This document shows positions 24,943-39,378 of a DNA stretch of 64,000 bases, one piece after another. The position numbers were made by a program, and so were the translations under genes. The notes under the pieces were generated by a model, which was not told where the DNA came from, made no database searches, and saw nothing but the letters and a program-made list of their open reading frames with translations. This stretch comes from Callorhinchus milii (lineage: Eukaryota), in assembly GCF_018977255.1 (NCBI RefSeq), contig NW_024704743.1, forward strand, positions 69,318,001-69,382,000, given 5' to 3'. Numbering within the stretch: the first letter of the stretch is position 1; every line of letters starts with the position of its first letter.

Positions 24943-26293
24943 CTAGGAAAACAAAAATTTTAATTTGATTTTTACATGCATTTTACTCTGAAGACTATTT
25001 TAGTGAAAAGTCTGCAAAGGCCCCGTTTTATAAATAAGGAAAGTACAATATATTGGAGTTGTGTTGTATTATTTAAAATATTTCTGTAAATGTAAGATTC
25101 TTTTTTGAGAAAGCATATTGGTTTTTTGCATCATAAAATGTTACAGTACAAAAACTAGCCAGCTGACCCAACTAATCTGTCCTGGTGTTTTACTCCATGA
25201 GCCACTTAATGTAACTTAACTTTCCTGCTCATACTCTTTAATATTCTTCTTCCTCAAGAATCTAATTCCCTTTTATAATAATGTACAATGTTTGCTGCAA
25301 CAATGGTTCATGGCAAAGAATTTCACACCTTTCCAATACCACTTTTTTTTTAAAAATCTATCTTACATTTCTGTGCTCTAACTGTCCTGTGAAACTCGTG
25401 AAAATATTCTAGTAACCCCACTGTATTATTATAAAATGAATCATATATAGGATTGATGTAGTTGAATTGTTTCTTGCCTCTCTTATTTGCAGGCTTTTCT
25501 TTTACTTGCACCTCTCTCTCTTTCTACCTTTCCACCCTCCACCCCCACCTCCCTGGCCCACATAACAGGACATTACTAACATTTCAACATAGTTTCAAAA
25601 TTAGCATCAGAAATTAAAATGTGCTGTTAAAGTTCAGGAATTTGCTGAAAAGGAAAATACATTTGAAATGTGCAGCACTGTCTCATACGCAACTGAGCCA
25701 GATTCAATCCCAGGGCTGAGTTTGTTGCCTTGGCCAGACGAACAAAAGGGTTGATAAGATTGGTCCCAGTCACTGTGGAGCATTTTCTACAATAACAGGT
25801 TGAAGAATTCACTGTCAAGACTCGTACTTAAATTTTGCAAGTACATGTGTGCAACCAGAAACTATAGAATCATTTCAGGATGAGTTACTATATCAGAAGA
25901 GGAGTGGCTAGAGAATGGGGAGAAAACATCCATAGGATTTTGAAATCTGCACTGGCTCACAGAGCAGGGAGATCACTTAAATCCTATCGCCCCACCTTAT
26001 CCCTATACCTCTTTCAAGCCCCTCTCTTCCATTTACCAATCGACTTCCTTCTTGAAAGCTAAAACAAACACCCCTCCTCGGCAGACGTTCCACATCCCCA
26101 ATATCATGTCGAAAAAAAGTCCAAATGCTTTAAATCGGTTGACGATCAGAACACTGTAAAAGTTTATAGAGCAACACATTTCTCATTTCACATCAACGTT
26201 GTGCTCTTTACAACATGTGCAGAAATATGCATACACAACAATTAATGCATTTATTTAGCACTGACTCATTTTAAAAGATTGTTAATAAAATAC

Positions 26294-26494
26294 CTCTACG
26301 TGTCCACTGAAGGCAGCATGGTGTAAAGCAGTTCTCCCTGCTCGGTCAGAGACATTTACATTACTCAACAGAGGAACCAGAGCTTCGGCACACTTCACCG
26401 CCTTGTTTGCGGCAGCTATGTGTAAGGGAGTCTGCCAGTTTTTGTCACGAGCATTCACATCAGCTGAATGCTTTAAAAGCACCTGAACTGCATC
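26294..26494 (-). CDS. ANKRD28: ANKRD28 exon (201 nt, [25 protein letters not shown]...[13 protein letters not shown])
   Basis: Overlaps ORF 26282..26482; ATTTAG acceptor, GAG|GTATTT donor; phase 0-0. Confidence 0.97.
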
Positions 26495-27756
26495 CTAAAT
26501 CAAAGAAAGATTTTGATAAAGATTACAATATAAAGTACATGAGATGAACAAAAACATCAACAACTGGAATAATAAACAACCATCTGGATTGATTTTCAGA
26601 ATGCATTTGAACGTAATTTACATCCCAGAGGCCTATTCTGCTCAGTTCTCACAATACCCATGTCAAAGAATAGACCTCCTTTGCCATTAACTTCATTTTA
26701 TGAGTGGGAACTAAATGTCAAATTACTGTTCCAGCTGGATCAGACAACAAAGAAAGCTGAATTCCCAGGACTTCCCTTGATGACTCATTTCAATAAAGCA
26801 CTGTCCCCAAAAAAGGATAGAAGGGGTGGGAAGGAAGTGGTCCGCAGAGTAGATTAAAAACTGAAACTTGAGTATGCTGAGTAAATTATGGTAAAATTGC
26901 AATCCAAAATAGTTCTAATCATTGTGGAAGAAAAATTCCACTGTCAAATTAAAATTATTTAAATTAAATAACATTTACTCCATTTCTGTAACAATGTAGC
27001 TACAGAATTTAAGAACTACAGAAAACCAGCTTCAAAGTTGAGACAGAATTCAACAATTAGAAGAGGGTGTTTTGGGGTAGCTGGTGCTCATTCATATTTG
27101 GTAAACTGGCAATGTCATTTGAGTCAAAGCAGTGTACTGGTTGGCACTCATTTCCTTCATCATGTCAGGTTATATAGTCTTTCAGACAAGAGAAAGAAGC
27201 AATGTCCGAAATGAAAACAGTTCGCTTGAGGCTCATATAGCCAGAAGACATAATGATCTCAATTGTAAACGAAGTTGCATTAGCACGTATAATAAAACTC
27301 ACATAAGTCGTGTCAGCTGGGACAACAATTGCAATGACTTATGCGAAGTCTGAGTTGATTTAATCAATAATCTACAGTGCGCATGCATAAGTCAATGCAG
27401 TCAGTAAGTGAACATGCGGTGACTGGTCAAGACTACATTTCCTGCAATTCAGTGCACGCGCACTTACAATGGAAGTGCAATACATTACACATTGGAATGG
27501 CAGGAAATAGTTCTTCTGCGTATGCGTCGACTGATCAAGATTATTTTCCTACAATTCAATGCAGCTGAGTGGTAAACGCGCATACATCGACAGGTCAGGC
27601 CGTCATTTCTCGCAATTCAAAACAGCCAATAATGCAGGAGTAATTTTGGGGTAAGCGTGATGAATAAGGAGGTGATTAATACGAGAAGCGCAAAGAAATC
27701 TGGAAACTGAAAGGTACTTGGATGAATGTACAACTTGGGTGATTGATTGTACATTT

Positions 27757-27906
27757 ATAATAATACTTATATCTGACGTATCACGTCTTCGAGACGACTC
27801 AAAGCACTTCACAGAATATACTGTAAAGTGAATTGACTGTATATTTTGTGGGCACAAACTGCACACAGCACTGTCCCACAAGTAGTCGTAGATCAAGTGA
27901 CCAAAT
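27757..27906 (-). mobile_element. SINE family Y 3' part
   Basis: cacagaatatactgtaaagtgaattgactgt...cagcactgtcccaca. Confidence 0.8.
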
Positions 27907-28104
27907 TCTTCTTATTATTTTTAAGGGCTTATACTTATAAAGATAAGACTTATCCATATTGTATTGTATGTATTAATTGGGTTTCCAGGTCACAAATTCA
28001 CAATCTTGGGTTGAAAAGATTTCTGAGTTTGATGTTCTGTAACCCAATTGAAAATGGTTTATTATAGTAAAAAGTTTTGAAGCAGGAATAAAAAAAAAGC
28101 CACA

Positions 28105-28495
28105 GATGATGGGTGGAGAGTGGCAAGGGACACACAGCCTGACCGAGGTAGCATTGGGTCCAGACAGGAAAGTGAGGCTGTAGATGATTAGCTCGGGGAG
28201 GCAAGAGTGATCTTCAAAATGATCTGCTAGAAGAGAGAAATAGCGAAGCCTGGTGAGGGACTGAGGTGGTAAATAAACAAAGTTAATGCAGACAGAGATG
28301 CGGAAACAAAACCTACAACAACGTTACGTATTTCTGGAGGAAGTTCCAGAGGGTAGGACAAACTGTCTAAAATGGTGGGACAGAGATTATGCAGCAGGCC
28401 AGAGGTGGGGGAGTGACCAAGGAAGTAGAGTTGTAGATTAGAGGTACAATGGGGCAAAACCGTACAGGTATTTGAAAGTGAGAGATGATTTTAAA
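28105..28495 (-). mobile_element. Degenerate L2 fragments
   Basis: Purine-rich reverse complement of L2 ORF2 3' region. Confidence 0.55.
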
Positions 28496-29057
28496 TCAAT
28501 TAATATATTTTTTTCTAGTGCAACTGTAAATCAACTTCAGGAGCATAGAAGACACTGATTATTACTGAAGCCACATTGCTTTAATACACAAAATGCTGAT
28601 TTTGATTTCAAACTCTTAAAAAAATCAATTTTGCTGGAATACACAAAGCAGAATAAAAACCTGCCTCAGAAATAAAATATGGCTAGATTCTGTAACACTG
28701 GAAATTTCTGGTTAGCAACCACATTAAGATAAAAATATTTTATTTACTGCAAACAATCACGTCATTATCTGTTCGACTCATTTGCATGATACCACTTCCT
28801 GTTTTGTGGTTAAAAGGGATTTCAAGAAAATGTGTTTTTTTAAAAAAGGCCCCTAAATATGCACATTTTGGAGGATTGAAAAAAAATTGCAACATATACC
28901 TACACAAATGTAAGTAGAATTTATTTTTGTTCTCCTTTAAAGTCCAATTGATTCAAAACTGCGCCACCTGCGTATCCTCACCAGAACCAAACTCTGCACT
29001 CCCATAACCTCAGTCCTTGCCAGGCTCTGTTGGCGACCTGTCTCAGAGTCTCCGAAT

Positions 29058-29213
29058 GAATCCATGTTTGTGGGACACTTGTGTGCGCAATTGGCTGCCA
29101 CATTTTGCCCACAAATATACAGTCAATTCATTTTAGTCTATTCTGTGAAGCGCTTTGAGATGTCACGAAGATGTGAAAAGCGATATATCAAATGCAAGGA
29201 TTATTATTATTAT
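29058..29213 (+). mobile_element. SINE family Y 3' part
   Basis: Core and tail match. Confidence 0.85.
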
Positions 29214-30589
29214 TTCAAGATTCTCAAATTCACCTACCAATCACTTCATGTTTGCACTTCCTTACCTCTCCAACCTGTTTACTACCCTTTGCTCAGCAGG
29301 CTTGAGTATTCTCTGCATCCCACAACCCCTCTACTCTTGGCGGCTGTGCTTTCAGCCACTACATCCTGATACTACCTCAATCGCTCTGCCTTGCCCCACT
29401 TTGCCCATCTTCAGATCAGACCTGAAAACTTCCCTCTTCGATCATGCCTACGATTACCTCTAGTTACCTGTTTTACAATCGTCTGTCTATTGTTTATTGT
29501 TCTTACTGCTCTCGAATGTACTGTCTACACACTACTACTTTCTACTTTCAGATTTGATCAAAGGCTATTTTTCACTTACCTTGCATTTTTTCTCTCCCTC
29601 TATCAAAATCATTTAATCTGCTAAATGAAAAAAAAGACCTTACATTGACCTTCTATTTCCTTCTCTACCTATTGTCCCTCACATTTCTCCATACTCCTTT
29701 TTGTTCTGCGCTTGCCACATCTGTCTAATTTGTGTTCTGTACTGGGGGTTCTTTTCAATTATCCCTTCTTTGCAATTTCATCCTGACAAAATCCAACCTT
29801 TTGCTTTTGCAATTTCAAAGAACCACTGAAGAACTTAAAAGGGCTGAGACCAGTACAAATCAAACCCATTCTAATTGCCCTCATACCAATTGAGTGTAAA
29901 ATAATTTCCTGGCAATATCACCTCTGCAAGCTTGATTTGGCAGTCATCCTGCAGCTTGATTCAGTTTGCAGTTGCACATCTATAATTCATTTTCATACTG
30001 ATTAAATTAGATTTTCATATGAAACTGCTATGAAAAATTTTGCAGGATAAATACGATACAAACCAATACAAAACCTAGATAGGCTTGATTCACAGATCAG
30101 AGATTTAAATTCCAACCCACAAGAAATTGCATATTAAGATAAATTTCATTAAGTACAGGAATGCAGATCTGGATTGCAAATCTCCACACCAAGAAACAGG
30201 AACACCGTAACAGGAAGCAAATACCCATTTCCTTAACAAAGCATCAAAAGGAACAAAGGAACAAAACAACCTACTAAATTGCAAGTAACTCGGCAGCCTT
30301 CCACAAATCCAAATGGCAGAAAACAAAGAATTGCTTTTTGAACATAACAGAATTAAACATTAGTACTCATTTTAACAATTAAACCAGGCCGTGTAAAACT
30401 ATTAGTTTCACCATAGATCAACTCAATACTGAAGTACAAAAACACAGAAAAGGGTCAAACTCTGGCCTAGTTTTGCATCTTTTCTTCAATTTATTCAATT
30501 TGCAGGATAACTTTTCCCTCAAAAAGGAGACGTAAGAGTCCCTTGGAAACATGGTGAAAATACGAAGCAATGAAGGCAAGTCCTCAGGA

Positions 30590-30940
30590 CATCTTGCACT
30601 AATTCTTCCGCACTGAGCTCCATGAGACAATCACCCCTATCCTCACCTGGCTTTACTGTCTCCCGATCCTCCAGAGGATAGTTTAAAATCCTTGTCTTCG
30701 CCATTAAAGCCCTCCATGGTCTTGCGCTGTCCACCTCTGTGACCCCCTAAAACCCTACCAATCTGTCCACTTGGCGGGTACTGGCTTGCTCCACGCCCCC
30801 CGCCCTACCCACCCCATCATCAGCGATCGGGCCATTAGCCTTTCTGCACTTCTCTTTGGAACTCCATTCCGGAGTCCCTCCTCTCCTCCAAGGCCTGTCT
30901 CAAGACCTTCCTTTCCGTTCATGCCTTTGGTCATCTTCCG
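30590..30940 (+). mobile_element. Degenerate L2 fragment
   Basis: atcacccctatcctc...tttaaaatccttgtcttcgccattaaagccctccatggtcttgc. Confidence 0.7.
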
Positions 30941-31184
30941 TCATTGTCAAGTGATTCAACCATAAAACAACACCCACAACTTGCATGTATATAGTGCCCC
31001 TCACACAGGGTACAGTCCCAGAGAAACAAAAGAACTGGTAGCAGATGAAACTACAATGAAGAATTCAACAGCAATTTATTACTGGGATTGCTAAATAACT
31101 GCCCACTAACTTTTGAAGGAATGACATGGAAAAATTTCACCAAAACTTCCAAATTGCTATAAAGTATTGCTGAATAATAGATCC

Positions 31185-31403
31185 ATCGGCGATTGGCAGA
31201 TCACTTTTCTGGGGATAATAATCCCTTAAAAAATAATTTGGTCACTCAATCCACAACTGTTTATGGGACACTGCTGTGCACAATTGGCTGCTGCGTTTTG
31301 TCCACAAAATAGTTAATTCACTTTACAGTATATTCTGTGAAGCGCTTTGAGACGTCTAGAAGATGTGATAAGGCGCTATATCAAATGGAAGGATTATTAT
31401 TAT
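31185..31403 (+). mobile_element. SINE family Y, 5'-truncated
   Basis: Core and tail match. Confidence 0.85.
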
Positions 31404-32840
31404 CCAGTAACAGAAAGCATCAATTCAAAATTCTAGTGTTATTGGAACTTATTGGAAGTACAATTGTTAGTGTAATGTTCTGCATAAATCCACTTTACTT
31501 CATGATTTAAAAAGTTATTTTCATTCTTAGCTCCTTGTTCTACCATCTGTACAAGTTCCACGTGTCCATCACAGCTTCTACGAAATAAAAGCTTCCTGCA
31601 CTTCCTAATCTCTTGAGTCATCTTTATTTTGAAGCTATGACTCCTTATTCTTGAGTTTCCTGCATGGTAGAAAAAATGTATCTGCATCCAAATGTTAACC
31701 ATGTTCATCAAGTTCCCACTTACAACACCCACTAATCTTTTACTGTCGAAAAGGAAAATTCTTTCCGCCACCCTACCCAAAGTTACCAATTCATGCTGTA
31801 TGGTGCCATGGTGCCCTCCACTCTCTTCACTGCTGCCCCAGTTAACTCAGCACAAACTGGGTGTGTTTTCAAACTAGGTAGTGGCATTATTAATAGCATT
31901 TTACCCACAAAACATAGTCAATCCACTTTATAACATATTCTATGAAGCGCTTTGAGATGTCACCACGACATAAGGCTCTATGTCAAATGTAAGGATTATT
32001 ATTATCATCATCATCATTCAAGCTAACAAAGTAGTTTCCAAGCTTGATTTGCAATCCTTCACAGCTTACATGGTTTCCTACAAGAAAGTTTCTATCGGCC
32101 AGACGAGAAGCCATTTGCAGCAGCATCTGTAATTCATACAAATACATCTTCTATTATGTACAAAACATAAGTTAACTATGTCTAAAATGTGGCAATCATT
32201 TCAAAATGTATATTATAATACTCAATGATTTCACTCAGTGAGGTTTTGGCTTTGTTTGGGCAGCACAAGCCAGAAAAGTATAAACTTATGTTGAAATATC
32301 CTGCAGTAAAACTGCAGTTTTACTAATAAAGTATGATTGGTTCAGCTTATCATCAGAAACCAAATGGAAAAAGTCAAGACAGTCAGTGGGCATCAAGTGA
32401 AGAAAAGAAAACTAATATTGCAATAAAACAGTGAAGAAATTAAAACAAAATTCTGTTAATTCTAAAAATATGCACCATTTTGTACTCGTCTTAAACACAT
32501 TTGCCAGCAGCAAATTTATATTTATGAAACTTGACTCAAATGATGAATCTAATGTGCAAAAAGCAACAACAATTCCCACAACACTAGTGAAACTATTCCT
32601 CTACCATACAAGTCAGACTCTGTTAACACTCCAGTAGACTGTTAATGAATCCACTAACCTGAATTCCACGATTTTCACTCGAAGCACTGGAAAAGTAATT
32701 TCTATAAAACCCAATAATCTTTGGGAAAATTAGATTAACCGTTACTAGATTGCGTTTTGTACAACAAACTGAAAATGTTCATTGACCTCTCAGACAACAT
32801 CTCTAATACTGCCATTAAAAGATCAGCCATTTACACTTAC

Positions 32841-32911
32841 CTCACTGCAGGAGGCTACAGCACGGTGCAGAGGAGTCAACCATTTGTTGTCTTTGGCATT
32901 AACTCTGGCTC
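32841..32911 (-). CDS. ANKRD28: ANKRD28 exon (71 nt, G-ARVNAKDNKWLTPLHRAVASCSE)
   Basis: TTTTAG acceptor, GAG|GTAAGT donor; phase 1-0. Confidence 0.96.
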
Positions 32912-33180
32912 CTAAAAGAACAACATGGTACAAACACTTATTGTAGTTACATACTAATTAATTTGCAGATATTCTCCTACCAATTTATTATATTATTCGA
33001 AAAGAGAAGCGAGTTTTTCACAGTGTGCTGCTCAACAAATCTTCATAAAATTGAACATTTACCCATGGCTGTTCGTGGCACTCTGGCTGTGCTCAAATTA
33101 GCTGCGGTGTTTGCCCACAAAAATATAGTCACTTAATTTCCCAGTAATTAGTTATGAATCACTCAACACTTTAACATTAT

Positions 33181-33495
33181 ATAATAATAATAATCCTTGC
33201 ATTTGATATAGCACTTTTCACATCTTCTAGACGTCTCAAAGCACTTCACAGAATATGCTGTGAAGTGAATTGACCGTAAATTTGTGGGCGAAACGCGACA
33301 GCCAATTGCGCTCAACAGTGTCCCACAAACAGTCGTGGATTGAAAATGACCAATTTATTATTGTGTTTTTTTTGAAGGGATTATTACTAGGTGTGTGGAG
33401 TAAGGAAACTTGCCCAAAGGTTTGCCCTGCCTGGAATTGAAGCCAGGTATCTCGATTGCAAGGCGAGTGCTTTGACTACTGAGCTACAGGACTCC
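33181..33495 (-). mobile_element. Full-length SINE family Y
   Basis: Head ends gagctacaggactcc on +; (TAA)n tail at left. Confidence 0.9.
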
Positions 33496-33841
33496 TATCA
33501 AAAGAAAGGACTATTATACCTATTGTAAGACTTACATGACTATTTATGGTTAACTAGCAAGAGCGCTTTCCACACAAGTTCAAATCATATTGCTTCATAG
33601 CTACTATCAGGGTCTTAAAGAAGTGAGTATTGCAGTTCTCATTCCAGTTCTGACTGGGCATTATTCCACTGTACATATCTACCCACAACTTGGCACTAAC
33701 TGACACTCTCCAATGCCACAAAATAGATTAAGTGACAAATGTTAAATTACCAGGGTAGTGTCTTCCCATTTGTCTGAATAATTTTTAAACTCTACATACA
33801 AGTTAATAGGGAATCATCATGAGAATTTTTTAATGATGTTT

Positions 33842-34097
33842 TAATAATAATCCTTGCATTTGATATAGCGCTTTTCACGTCTTCTAGACGTCTCAAAACG
33901 CTTCACAGAATAGACTGTAAAGTGAATTGACTGTATATTTGTGGGCAAAGTGCGGCAGCCAATTGCGCACAGCAGTGTCCCACAAACAATCGTGCATTGA
34001 AGTGACCAGTTTATTATTTTTTTGAGGAAATATAATCAGGTCTGTGGAGTAAGGAAACTTGCCCAAGGTTTCACTCTGCTGGGAATCAAACCCAGGT
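33842..34097 (-). mobile_element. SINE family Y, head truncated
   Basis: Tail and core nearly identical to other copies; ends just beyond the B box. Confidence 0.88.
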
Positions 34098-35895
34098 TAA
34101 GTTTAAGAGTTAGCACTACAAAGAGATAATTTACAAATTATATCTATTTGGAAGACTAGGCTTTTATCAATAATAATATTTCCATTTAAGGGAGCAGAAG
34201 TCAGAGGATGATGTATTGATATACTTCCGTTAAAAAAAAGATTTAGTTAAAAGTATTAATAGTAGGGAGTTGGCACCACAGTGACACACCTGACAAAGCA
34301 CGGAGCAGAATTGAATTATCTAATATCTAAAATAGGCAAGTCCACAGCATTCCCGCATATTGATTGACCGGGAGTTAGAGATACAGACATGTCACTGGAG
34401 GATGAGATTCTTGTGACTTGTCTCTTGATAATCCTGCAAACGTCAATGGGTATACTGATCCACCCACCACACGCAGTGGAAAATATACCAGTACTTGGAA
34501 TGACTTGCTGGGAGCTGGGAGGAGCTAAGACAGGATTCATATTAGCTTTTAAAAGGGAACTTGATAAAAATCTAAAAAGTAAACTACAGGTATATCGGGG
34601 AAGAGCAGGTAAATGGGACTGAGTTAGCTAAGTTTAATTCCAGCACACGTTGGGGCCCTTAATGCCCTGGATTCTATCAACCCATGTTATTTAGATGTTG
34701 GAAATTGAAGATGTGTACTCTGTCTTCAGAAATAGGCAAAAACGCATCAGAATCTCAGTAGCTGGAACTTGAGAATCTTAAGTGCAGGAAAGAGTATCCA
34801 CCCATCTCAACTTCTGACTAACCAAAATTAAACTTTCCAGCCTCTGGTTTGGAGCCAACTGGCACTGGTATAAACTGCACTGATATCAACTGTCGCCAAA
34901 ACAGTCACTGGAACAAATGTCAGTTGGGCGTTGGCTGATACTTTCTGCCAAAGGAAGTGCAGCAATTGTGGCTGCAGTCAGATTAATCACAAATGATCCA
35001 CTGTCAAACTGGAGGAAGATGTGTTAGAGGAAAACTCAACCCCTTCTTTTTGCTTCTATCTATTTAAAATGTGAACTCAACCTATGCTGCAGTTCTCAAC
35101 CATTCCCAATAACTGTTCTAAACTGCATCTACAACTGAGCTTCTTCCAGTAGTTCTCCCCAGTTTAGCTCATGGTCCGCTTTGCAGAGATGCAGTACTTG
35201 GTGATCGTTTAAGGCTTGAGTTACAATACATTGCTGGGCAAAAATTTAGTGTTTTACTTTGAATTTGACTGGTGCTGTACGTAATGCCGATTCTGCTAGA
35301 GTAAAAAAAAGTATACTCTACAGTGATGAACACAAACTTATTTTCAAAATAAGTAATTTAATCACGACCAGCTTCTATGTGTAAAAATATCCAGAAACTA
35401 AAGTTAAAATACAAGATCCCCTTTGACAATTAAGCTTACACACTTTACATTTAAGTAAAATATAGAAAGATAAAATACACAAATAAATATGTTCTAGTTT
35501 ATTCTACTGCTAAAGTGTAAGAAATACAAGAATAGTTTATGGATATAATTGCAATACATCTAAATCTTCTCCCAAATAATTTAGAGCCTTGCTGAGCCAG
35601 CCTTGAAATATTTTCGTGGGCTATCTACACTTTTACTTTGAGATAAGTAATAAATGGTAGAGCTTGAAGGTGTTATCCTGCTTCCAGGGGCGCTATATAA
35701 ATATAAGTTTTATTGTTGTCGTCTTCCAGCCTGATCTAAGCACTCCAAGAGCAACTTGGATCCGGTTGTAATTAATAATTGCCAGTTGCTAAGGGAATAC
35801 AGTAAATAAGGTCATTACGACTTTTATACAAAATTGTACATAAAAAAAATCTGTAAACAAGAAATTAGTTGACAAAGCATACAATCAAACAATAC

Positions 35896-35974
35896 CTGAT
35901 AAAATAAGGAGTTCAATAATTTCAGCATCTCCCAGATATGCAGCAGCATGTAAAGGGGTTCTCTTCTCGGCATC
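35896..35974 (-). CDS. ANKRD28: ANKRD28 exon (79 nt, DAEKRTPLHAAAYLGDAEIIELLILS-G)
   Basis: Ankyrin TPLH motif; CTGCAG acceptor, GTATTG donor; phase 0-1 joins both neighbours in frame. Confidence 0.96.
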
Positions 35975-38900
35975 CTGCAGCAGAGCAGAAAAACAGCACG
36001 GTTACAGGATGGTTTTTATAGATAGAATTTACATGTTTATAGCAGCGCTTTATCATATCAAATGTCTCAAAGTCTTTCAAACGTAATTATTGTGAACTGT
36101 ACGTGAAATGTAATATGTTGATAATTCTATTTGTTGGCAACATGGCAGCCATTTGCATCAGCAATGTCCCACAAATAGCCACGAGATGAATGAAGAATTA
36201 ATACATTGGCCAGGACATAGCATACCAGTCATAATTTTAAGAAATACAGTGCTTTGTTACATCCAATAAATAGTTGATTTTATGATAGCTGTCTTCAGCA
36301 CACCAGTCAATGGTAATAGTGTGAATACAATTCTACAACCAACTCCAACCCACAGATATATGTATTACTACAGTAATTGGAAGTACTATAGTAGAAAGTG
36401 GTCAAAATGTATTTTTAAAAAAAGCAGAATAAACCAAATTGCTGCCAATCAAATCTTCCATTTTCGTTCATAGCACATTTTAAGTGCACAATAGAGTGTA
36501 CTACAAAGACCATTACAAATATCCCATAACAAAACATCCTTAAAGCTGCCTTAAACATAAAAAATACATCACATAAATAAAGATCACAATAGCTCAGATG
36601 AAGTCCTGATCAGCAATGCCAGAAATATGTTAGTGTACCACCTAATCTCCCAGATGTTTTGAAAAAAATATTAGCAGCAGTCTACATTTTAGCTGTAGGG
36701 TCATTACACTATCAGAGGGCTTTTCTTTTTTCTCTCTATCCCTCAATGGTCTTTCCCCCACTAATTCTAAAGGTTGAGTAGGTCAGTTTCATATTAACAT
36801 AACTTAGTTATAATGCTCAGTAATTTAATTAGCATGATACGGGCTCTTAAATCTGACGTACTAGCGGATACAGCAGAAAATAGCTCACTGCATCACTTTT
36901 ACTACACCATATAATGCATCATTTTTACTGTAGCATACAACATTTGTTTCTGAACGATTCTTGGAATCTCCTCAGTATACAAGTTTAAATCTGTAACCAT
37001 GTTTTGAGCATTCTTTGGGAAACAAAAACATCTGACAGGTTGCCCTGAATATGATGTCACAAGAACTTTATATCAAGTAAACGAGAAAGAGCTTAGAAAC
37101 GGATATGCAACAAGAACCTCAAAGATGCAAAGCTGAATATGCATTCATGATGTTAAATATTTAAATTAAAAGCAAATTGATTTTGTTTAGTAATATTCAG
37201 CATGTTGTAAAACCAAACGGCCTTCACTGAGAACAAATCGAATGTAGATTCATGTCAATTTACCTTATGATTGGATTGAGAATCCTGTTTCAGGTGCCTT
37301 AAAAAAACTAAGCGGGGGCGGGGAAAGATAACAACAAATGCAACTTTTTCATCGGATGTGTCATGTCACATTTTTCCACATATTCCACAAGACTGAATGT
37401 AGAAATGAACAGCAGGGAGAAAGCCAGTGGCCGGAGTGGTAGGATCAAAGGAGATCAGTGGTGCAAAAAGGTCGAAAATCCTTACGAAGACAGCCCCACT
37501 CAAATTGGCTTAAAAAAGCAGACTGGTTGGCACATTGATGATATTTGCTAAAGAAAACCTGCATAGTAATGACACATTTTACTTGGTGTTGGGTTCCCTT
37601 AGACTTTGGCTAAAGTGAAACAAAACTTTTTGCACCTATTTTAATTTGGCAATTACTTTTTGTTTTCAAAATGTGGAACTCCAGCATTTCTATTCCAACA
37701 TTCGCATCTGTAGTGGTGGAAGTGATTCAGGAAGGATATTACTTGTAATAATTGGTTCCTTTCTGGTCAGACATTTAAACTCAGCATAAATTAATTCTGC
37801 AATTTCACATTTGACAATCGTGAATTTCCAGGTTAGTGGAAGTTCCTGTCTGAAGCTCTGCAAACATTTACTTTTCACTAGTAACAGGTTTATTGCAACA
37901 AACACCACAAATAATGGCTGAATGGCTTGTGATAATGGGTGTGCAATGAATTGTGAACTTTTAAAATTACACATTAACTAGAATGTGTGAGGTCACACCA
38001 CTGTTAACCATTAAACACTGAATAACACATTAATACTAGACATTCCAACATCAATTGTTCATGAATAAAACAAGTGCTGCGGCAAGGGAAAAGTAATGAA
38101 TCCTGAATTGACTATTTATACATACAGCTAGTTATTGAATGCTAATATCCACCCTGTAATTTTTCTCCTATCATTTTGTGTGCCACTATCAATGCTCGTC
38201 TTAAGAGTGCAGTGCAAGCACCCACGTATAACTCAAACTGCTCCTAAGGTTCCTACCAGTTGCATCAGCAAGTCACCACACCCCACTACAAATATATTCC
38301 CACCCTTTGAGAAAGTCATTCCTTCAAGGGCACAACTAAGATGAGGAAGTACAAAGTTCACTATTCTGACAGCTTTATTCTATCCTCAACTGCGTGATAA
38401 GAGATAACGTTGTCCCTTATTTGTGTAAATATACAAAACATTTTACTCATGCGGTATATTATGCCAAAGGCAGTTTGACCAGCAAAGCAGCTTGCAATAC
38501 CAATTTTAATAATAATCCTTACATTGGGTATAACGCCTTTCACGTCACGAGAAACGCCCAAAACAGCCCACAGGATATACTGTAAAGTAGAGGCTGTTTT
38601 ACAGGCGAACATTTACAGATTTAATGCTCAATTCACTATTATTTAGCCTTCTTAACATCCAATACAATAAACAATAGATTGCTCATTGATTTCATTGAAT
38701 GTATATTAAATTGCAAGTGTATATATAATAATTCTTGCATCTGCCTTTCACGTCACGAGGCTTCACAGAATATACTGTAAAGAGTAGCGACTAATTGTCG
38801 GCAAACACAACAGAAAAATTTGCACAGCAATGACCCACAAACAGCTACAAAGTGAATGTCCAATTTTACTTGGGGATTGTTGATCAATGATACTGGAAGA

Positions 38901-39154
38901 AAGTCCCAGCTGTTTGAGAACACAGAACCTTTAAAATACACAATTCTTTATAATTTATTGTTTTTTTTTAAAAAAGGACGACAAATACAACAACTTGCAT
39001 TTATATAGTGCCTTTTTTTAGCAACTTTTTAAGACTGTAAAATTATATTTAAAAGGAGTGAAAATACTGCAACTACTAAATGCCAACAATCAGCCGAACA
39101 GAAGGAGTAAGCAGAAGAGTTGGAGAATATCACAAAGATTCGAAGGTTCTCTTG

Positions 39155-39378
39155 GGATGAGCCATTAAACCAAGGCCCCACCTGCCTGTTCAAGTAGAAG
39201 TTAAATATCTCCTGGCTCTATTCAAAAGAGAAGGCTGTTACTTCCAGTTTCCTGGCCAACATCCTCCAGATAAAATTGGTCATTCACTTCCTGGCTTTTC
39301 ATGGCATTGCTGTGTGCAAACAGTAAAAATCCTGTGAAGCACTTTGAGACATTCATAAGGCGATGCAAGGATTACTAT
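39155..39378 (+). mobile_element. SINE family O 3' part
   Basis: gatgagccattaaaccaaggccccacctgcctgttca...cctggccaaca...tail. Confidence 0.65.
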
